The notes: generated by a model from the sequence alone, not told the origin. Shown: positions 20,967-31,637, numbered from the stretch's first letter. The stretch: DNA of 64,000 nt from Candidatus Cloacimonadales bacterium (GCA_963662585.1 OY759729.1:1056001-1120000), one strand, 5' to 3'. Made by a program: numbers and translations.

Positions 20967-23900
20967 ATGGAAATTGGTACTAACCAAGCTATGGAGAAGT
21001 ATATAGTCGAGAAAATATCAAGGCTATCCGAGCTGATAAATAAATTAGAAGAGAAAGGATCGTCCTTAATTGAAGTTACTGGTAATTCAGGAACTGGGAA
21101 ATCCCTTTTATTTAAGAATCTTATCCGGAGATTAGAGAGTAAAGATAATTATTATCATATTTTAACTCCCCACATCTTTGGTCAGAATCATTTTAAAAAT
21201 TTCGTGCAATTAATGACAGGAATTAGCGATAAAGATTTCAAAATGATTCATGATTTAAGTAAGGAATATAAGACAGGTCAGAAATATGATTTCTTTTATT
21301 TCTTCAGTGAACAGTTGAAGCTCAGGGATTATGCTAGACCATGTATAATATTAATTGATGATTGTGATTTACTAGATAATTATACTAAAGATTTCATCCA
21401 GTACATTATCAACTACTGGCATGATATACCCTTAAAAGTTGTTGCTTTTACACCAAAGAGCAATTTTACTTTTTCCGAGAAATTCACTCTAGATTTTCTC
21501 TCTCAAGAGGATATTGTTAAGATACTTACAGTTAGTTTCCCAAATATGAAGAGTGATTTCCAAAATGAAGCTGAGATTATAAAAAACATTTCTAAGGGGA
21601 ATTTATACATAGTAAACTATATTGTTTCGAGTCTATCAAAGAGTAAGGGAGTTTTAGATTTAACCAAGTTCATAGATAAGAATTTAGATAGCTTTAAAAT
21701 TCATAGTCAAATTATTGAGTCTTTAACAGAGATCCAGAAGGATATACTATTCTATATATATTTACTTGATAATCATGCTGAGACAAGGATTTTGCAAAAG
21801 ATCTTTCCAGATAAATTAGACAAGAACTTAGAGATATTAGAAAAATCTTTTTTAATCATTAATCACAAAGGTAATTATTACATTCATAAAGTTACTTCAT
21901 ATAAGGCTTATTTTGATACCTTACCAATCAAAAATTATCAAGCTAAAATTGAGCAATGTGTAGAAATTTTGCAACAGTTTAATTTAGAGCCTTATAATCT
22001 TGTAAACTACTATATTTTATTGAATAACCACAATTCTGATCTTTTTGAAAAAGCTCTAGAAGAGTTAACTTCTTTATATGATTACGAGAGTAAAATTGCT
22101 TTGTTAAAATTCCTTTTCTCGAAATACAAGAAAATTGAGAAAAAACTGGAGATAATTAAGCAGTTAGGTCTAGCTCACATAGATTTAAATGAGAATGAAA
22201 AAGCTGTAGATTATTTCAGAGAATATCTTCATATCTGTAGCAAACATAGTTTACCAGAGCCTGAGATTATTTTCTATCTTGCAACAGCCCTTTATAATTC
22301 CAATTCATCAAACTTTGCTTTGGAAATAATTAAACAGTATTCCCCTGAGAATATTGATCTTGTTTGGAAGGTAAAAATCCTTCTACTTAAAGCTGAGATT
22401 TTAATCGAAAGTGAAGATTTTGTTGATGCTAATGAAATAATTGATGAAGTAATTAACAGTGCCTTCCAGATTGAAGACAAAAAGGTTCAATCAAATATCA
22501 TAGCAGATACAAAGAAACTCTCAGGAAAATTATATTATTTTAAGAACGATTATGATAAAGCTGCTGATTTATTTATTGATGCAGAATCATACTATAAAAA
22601 ATCAGAAAATTTCATTGGTTTAGCAGCTATATATAATAATGTTGGTGTACTATACCAGTTTAAAGGCGAATATGATAACTCTGAAGAGATGTATAAAAAG
22701 AGTTTAGAGTTAGAAAAGAATAGATATAATCTGAAAGGGATATCAGTTTGTTATAATAACCTTGGTGGATTAATGGATGATAAAGGAAATCGTAGTGAAT
22801 CTATCTATTATCTTAAAGAAGCTTTGAAGATTCAGACTCTACTCAATGAACCTTATCAAATTACCAATATCTACAATAATATGGGTGTAACCTATATGGA
22901 TGAGAAGAATTATAAACATTCTGAAGATGCTTTTAGGAAATCACTAGAGATAGCGATTAACTTTAATTTCTTCAGGGTATTAATTCCTACTTATAACAAC
23001 TTGGGAACTCTCTTTAATGCTAAGGGAGATTGGGATAAGGCTATTGAATATTATCAGAAGGCCATCGATAAGTGTTTAGAATATGATGATTTTGATGGTT
23101 TAATTATCTCTTACAGTAACCTAGGAGAGATTTATGAGAAGCGGGGTGAATTTAATATTGCTTACGATCTCTACTTTAAAGGATTAGAACTTCTTCCTAA
23201 AGTTACTGACGAGAATATTAAAGCTGACCTTTATGGGAATATTGGTTCAGTGCTTACAAGCTTGCACAAGTTCAAAGAAGCATATTCTTATTTAGTTGAG
23301 AGTTTAGATTTCTTCAAATCTGTAGATGCTAAACATAAAATAGTAGAAGGTTATCAAAAGCAAGCAATGTATTTTGTGATGACTCATAATTTCGAGAGTG
23401 CAGCCTACTATCTAAACCAAGCCTTAGCAATTGCTGAAGAGTTAAACCTTACTAATGAATTAGGTAAATCCTATTATCTTAAAGCAATCTTAGAAAGAGA
23501 TGATTATGAATCTGCTAAGAAATATATTTTGAAATCAATTGAATTATTCTTATCAAATTCCAAACAGTATGAATTAGCTCAAGCAAATTATTTACTTGCT
23601 ACTATTTTAGCTGATGAACAAGACTGGGAACAAGCTCTAGAAATATTAAATAACAACCGAAAATCTATTAAGAAATTTGGTGCTATAAAGCTTTTAGAAA
23701 AGAATGATATTTTAATAACCAATATCACTAAAGAACATAAGGCAGAGTTAGAAGGAAGTAGAAATCAGGTTGAGCTTACCAATAAATTCTATGAGATTAC
23801 TAAAGATTTAGGTACAATTACTAACTTTGATACACTGCTCGAAGAATCATCTAACAAATTAGTTGAATTCTCTGAAGCGGACAGTGCGATAGTTTGCCTC

Positions 23901-25229
23901 TATAATAATCAGGCTATTAAAGATAGTTGGCAGTATCTGAAGCTTATCAATATTGAAAAAAATGATAAGTACTTTGAGGTCATCATGGATATTGCGAAAC
24001 AATCTTATAGTTCAGCTAAGAAAATAGATCACAAGCAACCAAATTTTGCTCCGATTTATAATCATATTGTGGCCTTCCCACTTTCCTTAAGAAACAAATC
24101 TCAAGGTGTGATTATTTTAATGACCAAACATGGAACTCATTACTTCCCTGAAAAATCTACTAATATGATTTCAGCACTCTGCAACCAGATTATAGTATTG
24201 ATAGAAAACATAAGAACCTCTGACCTGGAAAGGACTCATGCTCAAATAAGAGGTGAATTGATTGAATCTAATCCTTTCAATATTATTGGTAAGAGTAAAA
24301 AAATGATGGAGATCTTTGATCTTATAAATAGAATTAAAGATACTCCAACAACTGTCTTAGTTGAAGGACCAAGTGGTACAGGTAAAGAGTTGATAGCTAG
24401 AGCTATTCATTATAGCAGTATCAGAAGAAATAAGCAGTTTATTGCCCAATATTGTGGAGCTTTACCAGAGACTCTTCTTGAATCAGAACTTTTTGGCCAT
24501 GTTAAAGGCTCTTTTACAGGTGCAGCTTATGATAAAAAGGGACTTTTTGAATTAGCTGACGGCGGTACCTTCTTCTTAGATGAAATTGCTGATATTTCAC
24601 TTTCTACTCAAGCTAAACTTCTTAGATTCTTACAAGAAGGAGAAGTTAAAAGAGTTGGTTCTACCAAAACAGAGAAGGTAAATGTTAGAGTAGTTTGTGC
24701 TACTAATGTTTCCCTCATAGATAAAGTTAAAAAGGGTGAATTTAGATTGGACCTCTATTACCGCTTGAATGTTATTAGAATTCAAGTACCAGCCTTGAGC
24801 GAAAGAAGAGATGATGTTCCTCTACTAGCAGTTCACTTCTTAGATAAATATAATAAGCATATAAATAAAGTAGTAAGTGGTATTTCCGATGAAGCCATGA
24901 CTATTCTGAAAAACTATGAATGGCCAGGAAATGTAAGACAGTTAGAAAATGAGATTGAAAGAGCTGTTACCTTAGCAGATAGTAATGCCTTTATTAAGGC
25001 AGATGATGTTTCTCCAGAATTAATTCATTTTACTGCTAATAAGACAACTATCAATCTTCTTTCTAAGCCACAATCATTGAAAGATGCTGTCGAGGAGTTA
25101 GAGATTCAGATGATTAACCAAGCTTTAGAAGAATCCGATTGGAATCAAACTCAAGCTGCAAAAACACTCGGTTTAAGTAGACAAGGATTAATTAAGAAAA
25201 TTAAGCGATACAATCTAGACCGAGAATAA
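20967..25229 (+). CDS. Large sigma54-dependent enhancer-binding protein: P-loop NTPase + TPR array + GAF + AAA+ + Fis HTH
   Basis: N-terminal GNSGTGKS and 'ILIDDCD'; many TPRs (YNNVG/YNNLG/YSNLG); GAF-like segment; bEBP motifs GPSGTGKE, ESELFGHVKGSFTGA, FFLDEI, WPGNVRQLEN; C-terminal NQTQAAKTLGLSR. ATG 20967 has a GAGGT RBS (track start 20952). Confidence 0.9.
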   Translation: MEIGTNQAMEKYIVEKISRLSELINKLEEKGSSLIEVTGNSGTGKSLLFKNLIRRLESKDNYYHILTPHIFGQNHFKNFVQLMTGISDKDFKMIHDLSKEYKTGQKYDFFYFFSEQLKLRDYARPCIILIDDCDLLDNYTKDFIQYIINYWHDIPLKVVAFTPKSNFTFSEKFTLDFLSQEDIVKILTVSFPNMKSDFQNEAEIIKNISKGNLYIVNYIVSSLSKSKGVLDLTKFIDKNLDSFKIHSQIIESLTEIQKDILFYIYLLDNHAETRILQKIFPDKLDKNLEILEKSFLIINHKGNYYIHKVTSYKAYFDTLPIKNYQAKIEQCVEILQQFNLEPYNLVNYYILLNNHNSDLFEKALEELTSLYDYESKIALLKFLFSKYKKIEKKLEIIKQLGLAHIDLNENEKAVDYFREYLHICSKHSLPEPEIIFYLATALYNSNSSNFALEIIKQYSPENIDLVWKVKILLLKAEILIESEDFVDANEIIDEVINSAFQIEDKKVQSNIIADTKKLSGKLYYFKNDYDKAADLFIDAESYYKKSENFIGLAAIYNNVGVLYQFKGEYDNSEEMYKKSLELEKNRYNLKGISVCYNNLGGLMDDKGNRSESIYYLKEALKIQTLLNEPYQITNIYNNMGVTYMDEKNYKHSEDAFRKSLEIAINFNFFRVLIPTYNNLGTLFNAKGDWDKAIEYYQKAIDKCLEYDDFDGLIISYSNLGEIYEKRGEFNIAYDLYFKGLELLPKVTDENIKADLYGNIGSVLTSLHKFKEAYSYLVESLDFFKSVDAKHKIVEGYQKQAMYFVMTHNFESAAYYLNQALAIAEELNLTNELGKSYYLKAILERDDYESAKKYILKSIELFLSNSKQYELAQANYLLATILADEQDWEQALEILNNNRKSIKKFGAIKLLEKNDILITNITKEHKAELEGSRNQVELTNKFYEITKDLGTITNFDTLLEESSNKLVEFSEADSAIVCLYNNQAIKDSWQYLKLINIEKNDKYFEVIMDIAKQSYSSAKKIDHKQPNFAPIYNHIVAFPLSLRNKSQGVIILMTKHGTHYFPEKSTNMISALCNQIIVLIENIRTSDLERTHAQIRGELIESNPFNIIGKSKKMMEIFDLINRIKDTPTTVLVEGPSGTGKELIARAIHYSSIRRNKQFIAQYCGALPETLLESELFGHVKGSFTGAAYDKKGLFELADGGTFFLDEIADISLSTQAKLLRFLQEGEVKRVGSTKTEKVNVRVVCATNVSLIDKVKKGEFRLDLYYRLNVIRIQVPALSERRDDVPLLAVHFLDKYNKHINKVVSGISDEAMTILKNYEWPGNVRQLENEIERAVTLADSNAFIKADDVSPELIHFTANKTTINLLSKPQSLKDAVEELEIQMINQALEESDWNQTQAAKTLGLSRQGLIKKIKRYNLDRE

Positions 25230-25239
25230 GGATTGGTAA

Positions 25240-28113
25240 GTGATTAACGAAATTCTGCAAGAATTCAGTTTTGTTGCAGTAGAAATAAAAACTACAGGAA
25301 TAAAACCTGAAACAAATAATATTGTTGAAATTGGTGCTACTCTTTTCCAAAAAGGTCAAGAGATAGCCCAATTTCACTCATTTGTACAGCCTACTTTTGA
25401 GATATCTCCTGTTGCTCTTTCTGCACTAGATATCTCTCTTAATACCCTAAACCATTATGGGCAACCTTTAAAAAATGTTCTGAAAGAGCTTGATGAATTT
25501 GTGAAGGACAATACTTTACTCTTCTTCAATGATATCAATCAATCTTCCTTTTTGACTTATCATACCCTTAACCAGAATCTTACTCCATTTATAGATTATC
25601 ACTATGATCTCTATGAACTAATGAAAATCTACTTCCCCTTTGCTACTCATTTTGATCTACATGAATTAATAAGAAGCTTAGCAAGCAAACAGGAAGTAGC
25701 TAGTGGCTGTAAAGAGAATTCTAAATTGATAGGTAATTTATTTTATGAAATAATTAATTACATTGTGGATAAAATCCCCTATCCTAAAAATAGAGTTCTT
25801 TACCAGCTTGCAGCTATTGCTGGATTAGATAATGATCTTACAGCAATCTTAACCAAAATTACAGAATACCAACAAAAGACAGCTTTAGTCAAAAAACAAG
25901 ATGAGCTTACTCTCAATCCTCAAAGAAATTTCATAGATTCTCAAGTTTCAAAATCTGAATACCCTACTATCGAAAAGGTCTTAGGTCAATCTGGTCTATT
26001 TTCTGAAAAATTCCCAAATTATGAGGAAAGAGAAGGTCAGATAATGATGGCTAAAGCGGTTGAGAAAGCCTTTACTGATGATCAACTGCTTTTGGTAGAA
26101 GCTGGAACTGGTGTGGGAAAATCATTTGCTTATTTAATCCCAGCAATAGAATACTCTACCCGTAATAAATGCAAGGTAGTTATCTCAACTAATACTAAAA
26201 ATTTGCAGGAACAGCTTTTCTTTAAAGATATTCCAACTTTAGCAGAGATTCTACCTGTAAATTTTAAAGCTCTGATAGTGAAAGGTAGAGAGAATTATAT
26301 CTGCTTAAATCGCTGGTTAGAAACAAGTCTTAATACTCAATCACTTACCCGCTACGAAGCTCAAGGTCTACTTTATTTAGTGGTGTGGCAACATCTAACT
26401 CAAACAGGGGATATTTCTGAAAATAACTCCTTCGATAAGACAAAATTCCCCGCCTCATGGAGACTAGTAGTTTCAGAAAGATATTTCTGTGGAGGAATGA
26501 ATAGATGCCCCAATAGTGGGAAATGCCATGTAATGTTTATCAAAAAGAAATTAGAAGAAGCAGGTATTGTTGTTGTGAATCATTCTCTACTTCTCTCTGA
26601 TTTAATGAATGAGAAAAAAACTTTAGGTGAATATAGTCGTGTTATTATCGATGAGGCTCATAATCTTCCTACAGTAGCAGGTAAGCATCTAGGCTTTAGT
26701 CTTACTTATTTTGATATTAACCAACTCCTTAACCATATCGTTTTTATTAAACAAAAAAAGAATATTGGCCTCTTACCCAACTTCCTAAATATTATTGAAA
26801 ATACTCTTCGCGATACTGAATCTGCTAAATCATCTTTCCTTTCTCAAGGAAACTCTATAATAGAATTCATTGCAGAAAATAAAAAACTATTCTCAGATAC
26901 TTTTGATAAACTATCTCATATAACTGAAGACAGGGGATCTTACGGAAAGTTCAGACTTAAAGACAGCAAAGTAATTCCTGATTTTGAGTCTGATTTTACC
27001 CAGTTGAGAAATACTTGGAATCAGCTTTGTCAGAAGTTCTTTAATCTGACTGAATTATTGAGGATAACATCTAAAGACATCATTCACGATTATGATAGAT
27101 ACCTCTCTGATTTTGATGGAATTTATCAACAACTAAGCGATATCCAAGAATCACTTACCAAATTAGCAAATCCAGAATGGTCAGACTATGTTATTTGGTT
27201 AGAACAAATCTCTTCTAAAACAAGTGATTTCCCTTTAGTTATTATTAACTATGCCCCAATTGAGGTCAATGAAAAGCTACATGGCTTCCTATATAACGCT
27301 GTTGATACCCTAATTATGACTTCAGCTACTCTTGCCATTAGAGGAGTATTTAAGTTCTTCATGAATCAATCTGGACTAGCTCTTCTAAAAGACAAAGCAA
27401 TTGAGCAAATAATAGTCCCTTCCCCTTTTGATTATGATAAGCAATCAAAACTCTTTCTAACAAGTTTCTTGCCTTTCCCTAAAGATAGTTTTTATGTAGA
27501 TCAATCTCTGAAAATTCTCAATACCTTGATTTCTAACACTAAACAAGGTAGCATGGTTCTTTTTACATCCTATAAAGACCTAAATTATGCTTTCAGAGAA
27601 TTACAAGAACCTCTCTACGAACAAGGAATTAAACTTCTTGCTCAAGGTATTTCAGGTAGTAGAAACTCCATTCTCAATGAATTCAAAAGAAATAAGAATT
27701 CTGTTCTATTAGGAACTTCATCCTTCTGGGAAGGAGTAGATGTCCAGGGAGATTCCCTATCTCAACTAATAGTCTTTAAACTTCCCTTCCAAGTTCCTTC
27801 TGAACCTTTAGTAGAAGCCTATATCGAGAAATTAGAAGCACAAAATAAAAACTCCTTTATGCACTTTATGCTCCCAAACGCTTTACTTAAAGTCAGACAG
27901 GGTTTCGGAAGATTAATCAGAAGTAAACAAGATAAAGGTGTTGTGATAATCTTAGATAAAAGAGTCATTACTACAAAATATGGTAATTATTTTCAACAAA
28001 TTCTACCTTGCAAACTACAGGTTGTTAGTTCAGACTTAGAATTAGTAGATTTAACTAATAAATTCTTTAACACTTTAGAGGATAAAAGTAATGTACACTT
28101 CCCTGATTTCTAA
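25240..28113 (+). CDS. dinG: DinG-family ATP-dependent helicase with N-terminal DnaQ-like exonuclease domain
   Basis: EAGTGVGKS, IIDEAH, TSATL, SFWEGVDVQG, KLPFQVP, QGFGRLIRS; Fe-S cysteines YIC...FCGGMNRCPNSGKC; N-terminal 'EIKTTG...IVEIGA'. Confidence 0.9.
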   Translation: MINEILQEFSFVAVEIKTTGIKPETNNIVEIGATLFQKGQEIAQFHSFVQPTFEISPVALSALDISLNTLNHYGQPLKNVLKELDEFVKDNTLLFFNDINQSSFLTYHTLNQNLTPFIDYHYDLYELMKIYFPFATHFDLHELIRSLASKQEVASGCKENSKLIGNLFYEIINYIVDKIPYPKNRVLYQLAAIAGLDNDLTAILTKITEYQQKTALVKKQDELTLNPQRNFIDSQVSKSEYPTIEKVLGQSGLFSEKFPNYEEREGQIMMAKAVEKAFTDDQLLLVEAGTGVGKSFAYLIPAIEYSTRNKCKVVISTNTKNLQEQLFFKDIPTLAEILPVNFKALIVKGRENYICLNRWLETSLNTQSLTRYEAQGLLYLVVWQHLTQTGDISENNSFDKTKFPASWRLVVSERYFCGGMNRCPNSGKCHVMFIKKKLEEAGIVVVNHSLLLSDLMNEKKTLGEYSRVIIDEAHNLPTVAGKHLGFSLTYFDINQLLNHIVFIKQKKNIGLLPNFLNIIENTLRDTESAKSSFLSQGNSIIEFIAENKKLFSDTFDKLSHITEDRGSYGKFRLKDSKVIPDFESDFTQLRNTWNQLCQKFFNLTELLRITSKDIIHDYDRYLSDFDGIYQQLSDIQESLTKLANPEWSDYVIWLEQISSKTSDFPLVIINYAPIEVNEKLHGFLYNAVDTLIMTSATLAIRGVFKFFMNQSGLALLKDKAIEQIIVPSPFDYDKQSKLFLTSFLPFPKDSFYVDQSLKILNTLISNTKQGSMVLFTSYKDLNYAFRELQEPLYEQGIKLLAQGISGSRNSILNEFKRNKNSVLLGTSSFWEGVDVQGDSLSQLIVFKLPFQVPSEPLVEAYIEKLEAQNKNSFMHFMLPNALLKVRQGFGRLIRSKQDKGVVIILDKRVITTKYGNYFQQILPCKLQVVSSDLELVDLTNKFFNTLEDKSNVHFPDF

Positions 28114-28984
28114 ATACCCTCCTGAGTTCCTAAGTGAAAATGAAGCCCTTAGTGCACATACTTCTTTTAAAATAGGGGGACCTGCAGATATATTCTTAAC
28201 CCCCAATACCCTAGAACTTCTACAAGAGATGATTTCGGTCATTCAGTCCAATAATTTTAGATATATGATACTTGGTGGAGGCAATAATCTTCTCTTCTCA
28301 GATCAAGGATTTAGAGGTGTCATAGTATCTACTGGAAAATTAGATAAAATTATCATAGATGATAATAAGCTCAGAGTCCTATGTGGTACTTCCTTACGAG
28401 ATTTGACTAACTACTGCTTGGATAATTCTCTTTCAGGACTAGAATTTGCCTGCGGAATCCCTGGAAGTGTCGGAGGAGCAGTCTTTATGAATGCTGGAGC
28501 TTATGGTGGAGAGATGAAAGATGTAATTTCTTCAGTAGATTATCTCAACCACGAAAATGAAGTAAAAAATCATGGCCATTCTGGTCATAATTTCTCTTAT
28601 CGCTCAAGCATTTATCAACAAAGACATTATCTAGTCCTTCAAGCAGAATTTCAACTTACTCCCAAAAATCAAGAAGAGATAAAAGCTGAAATGGAAGATT
28701 TACAAGCTAGAAGAGAATCCAAACAACCTTTAGAATACCCAAGTGCTGGCTCTGTTTTTCGCCGACCAGAAGGGCACTTTGTAGGTAAACTTATCGATGA
28801 TTGCGGATTGAGAGGTTTCTCTATTGGTGGAGCGCAAATCTCGGAAAAACACTCTGGATTTATTATCAATAAAGGCGGAGCAACATCTCAGAATGTTCAA
28901 GATTTGATTCAGCTTATTCAAGAGACTGTTAAATGTAAGTTTGGGGTTGAACTACATACTGAGGTGAGAATAATAGGGAATTGA
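28091..28984 (+). CDS. murB: UDP-N-acetylmuramate dehydrogenase
   Basis: HTSFKIGGPA, GGGNNLL, GLEFACGIPGSVGGAVFMNAGAYG, QPLEYPSAGSVFRRP, SEKHSGFIIN. Confidence 0.97.
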   Translation: MYTSLISKYPPEFLSENEALSAHTSFKIGGPADIFLTPNTLELLQEMISVIQSNNFRYMILGGGNNLLFSDQGFRGVIVSTGKLDKIIIDDNKLRVLCGTSLRDLTNYCLDNSLSGLEFACGIPGSVGGAVFMNAGAYGGEMKDVISSVDYLNHENEVKNHGHSGHNFSYRSSIYQQRHYLVLQAEFQLTPKNQEEIKAEMEDLQARRESKQPLEYPSAGSVFRRPEGHFVGKLIDDCGLRGFSIGGAQISEKHSGFIINKGGATSQNVQDLIQLIQETVKCKFGVELHTEVRIIGN

Positions 28985-29978
28985 GAATTGAGAATTTGAA
29001 GATGAGGATTTCTTAACTGGCAATGTGGGCATCCTTGCCTGCTATAATTGTGCAAACAATGATAAGTTCTTAAATCCCAACAGGATGCCATATAATAGGG
29101 AGTGTTCGCAAGACACTCTTAAAGTCATGACAAAAAGATAGCCTTGCAGGGGCGACATACACTAAAGAATTACAAAAAAAGAAGCTATCCACTAATTTCA
29201 CGAATTGCACGAAGAAAATAGAGAAGACAAATAGAAGATGCTTCTTAACTGGGAATGTGGGCTTCCAGCCCGTATCATTGCGAGGCAATGATATATCTTA
29301 AATCCCAATGGGATTAAATAATAAGCAGGCTGAATACATACTCTTGGATTCACGGACTAAAGGTCCGAACCCCAGTTATTAAATCCCGAAGGGATTAAAT
29401 AGATTAGCCCAGGGTCTCATTTTTTGAAGAAAAATTGACCCTGGGTATGGCACACCAATATTTGTGTAACCCTGTAAGGGTTTAATAGGAAAAATAAAAA
29501 TTGTTAATGATCGGTCAAATTATTTAGGACTAGACTTCTTAAACTCACCTCTTTAGTGATTAACTGGGGTTACGGACATTTAGTCCGTGATTCTTAAATT
29601 CCCTTCTTTAGTGATTAACTGGGGTTACGGACCTTTAGTCCGTGAATCTTAAACTCCCCTCTTTAGTGCTGAAGGCACAGTAAAAGAGGGATGGCTGCGA
29701 AGCAGCTCTTAACTGGGAAAGTGAGCATCCTGCTCGCACCACGCAATAGCGTGGTAGATTACTTTATTTCTGGGATTTCTAGATTTTTAAGCAATTTTAC
29801 TGAATAGAGACTTCAACAGACAAATTTCTTCGTCCGAAGTCCCTTGCCTACGGTAGAGGAAACCGGTCTTCAGGTTGTCCACTATCAGACAGAAGAGGCA
29901 ATCATTATTTCTTAAAATCAGTGTTAATTTGTGTAATCTGTGGACACACTCTTCTTTGTGGTTTTGTGTTAAGTTCTT
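28985..29978. repeat. Intergenic cluster of multiple REP-like palindrome families
   Basis: AACTGGGA double-hairpin copies (29015, 29247, 29711); TAACTGGGGTTACGGAC..GTCCGTGA copies (55-bp tandem 29536-29668, inverted copy about 29347-29378); AAATCCC..GGGATT and AACCCTGTAAGGGTT hairpins; GTAG-type GTAGAGGAAACCGG..GGTTGTCCAC (29853); (GAATTGA)n; GTAATCTGTGGACA. Confidence 0.8.
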
Positions 29979-31637
29979 CTATTTAACAATAAATTTCGAA
30001 GTTGCCAAACGCTTGTTGTTAATTTTGATAATAGCGATATAAAATCCTGATGCTAAAGATTCTAAATTAATAGCATCACTAGAGTTTTTGATATTTGAAG
30101 GGTTGAGTTTTCTCTCATGAACTTTCTGTCCTTTAAGATTATAGACAGAAACCATCGCGTTTTCTATATTCTTGGGTAAAGTACCCACAAGTTTTAAATT
30201 AAGTTTGATTTCTTTACTAGAAACTGGGTTAGGATAGATAATTAAATTAGTGCTTGCTTGAGGCGATACATCATTATCCTCATTACTTACAGTAGTATCA
30301 GAAAGGTTAGGATTCCCCGAATAAATTGATACATAACCTGGAGTAGAAAATCCACCCCAATCATCTGGAGCTGATATAGCAATATCATCATAGCCATCAT
30401 TATTATAGTCTCCAACATTTACATTTAATCCAAAATACCCCGTAAAAGCTGGATATACTGGGCAAAAAAGCTGTAAATCATAGATCCCGTTAGGATTTTC
30501 TCCACCTAACCATATAGCTGCTGTCCCATCCCATAAGCCATAAGACGAATTACCTCCAACAAAATCACTATAGCCATCTCCATTGAAATCTCCATGTTTT
30601 ATGTTCTTTCCCATTCCTGCTCCCGGTAAAATAAAAGCTGAATACATAGGATTACATTGAATGGGATATAAGGAGGAACTTTCAATAGTATCTCCCATTA
30701 TTGATAATCCAAGATAGTTATTGGCACTGTTGTCTGATCTAGGATATAGAAAATCTGGAATTCCATCTGCATTTATATCTCCAACTGTTATCGATCCATT
30801 AAAATGAACATAATCTTGATAATGACAGATAATATCATAATTGTTTAGGGAAAGTGAAGTATCGCCATAATAGAGTTTAGTTATAAAATCATCGTCAGTA
30901 CTTTTATTATCGGATGATAAACAGTATCCAACAGAAAAATCAGCATACCCATCACCATCAATATCTCCCATAGGCTCAATATTAAAACTTCTGGGATTAA
31001 CATCATATTCCACAATAATTATCTCAAATGTCCCACCTAACATCACTCCTAAACCCCTGGTAGATGATTCTCGCGAAAGTATAAATCCCATATCATCACA
31101 ACCATCACCATTTACATCCCCTAAACAAGAAGTAAAGGAATCATGACTGTAATAGTATCCTGCTCCGACTAAAAAACCGTATTCATGATCATACTCAGTG
31201 AAATCAAGCTCTGCATCAGGTCCGCCGTAAAAGAAGCGGTAGTAAAAATAATCTGGTACTGGATAATCAAACCTAAGTTCTGAACATATAGCAAGATCAT
31301 CATAGCCATCTCCATTTACATCTCCACATGCAAAAACTCCCCAAGCTCCATTAGATCCTGTCATAGTCATTATATAGTCAGGATCATTGTTGCTTCCAAA
31401 ATTATTTCCACCCCAGAAAACATGAATCTCAGTGGGCGTTTCTCCTCCATGCCTTGCCAAAACAAACAGATCATCAATCCCGTCTGCATTAAAGTCTAAG
31501 GTTGCCATCCATTTACCATATTCACTATTTCCCCACGGTCCTTCAAAAGTATTCATTATATCCATATAATTTTGGGCAAAGAGAGAAAGAGTGAAGATAA
31601 GCATTACTGTAATAAGGCAATATTTTAACAATTTCAT
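29979..31637 (-). CDS. Secreted FG-GAP repeat (integrin-like beta-propeller) protein with T9SS-type C-terminal domain
   Basis: Signal peptide; repeated GDVNGDGYDD/GDFNGDGYSD motifs; C-terminal 'IYPNP...VYNLKGQKV...LASGFYI...SKFIVK'; AGGAGG RBS. Confidence 0.9.
   Translation of the reverse strand: MKLLKYCLITVMLIFTLSLFAQNYMDIMNTFEGPWGNSEYGKWMATLDFNADGIDDLFVLARHGGETPTEIHVFWGGNNFGSNNDPDYIMTMTGSNGAWGVFACGDVNGDGYDDLAICSELRFDYPVPDYFYYRFFYGGPDAELDFTEYDHEYGFLVGAGYYYSHDSFTSCLGDVNGDGCDDMGFILSRESSTRGLGVMLGGTFEIIIVEYDVNPRSFNIEPMGDIDGDGYADFSVGYCLSSDNKSTDDDFITKLYYGDTSLSLNNYDIICHYQDYVHFNGSITVGDINADGIPDFLYPRSDNSANNYLGLSIMGDTIESSSLYPIQCNPMYSAFILPGAGMGKNIKHGDFNGDGYSDFVGGNSSYGLWDGTAAIWLGGENPNGIYDLQLFCPVYPAFTGYFGLNVNVGDYNNDGYDDIAISAPDDWGGFSTPGYVSIYSGNPNLSDTTVSNEDNDVSPQASTNLIIYPNPVSSKEIKLNLKLVGTLPKNIENAMVSVYNLKGQKVHERKLNPSNIKNSSDAINLESLASGFYIAIIKINNKRLATSKFIVK

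Noticed and set aside
29070..29288. 72-aa minus-strand ORF
   Set aside because: Runs through several palindromic repeats and has no protein-like features.
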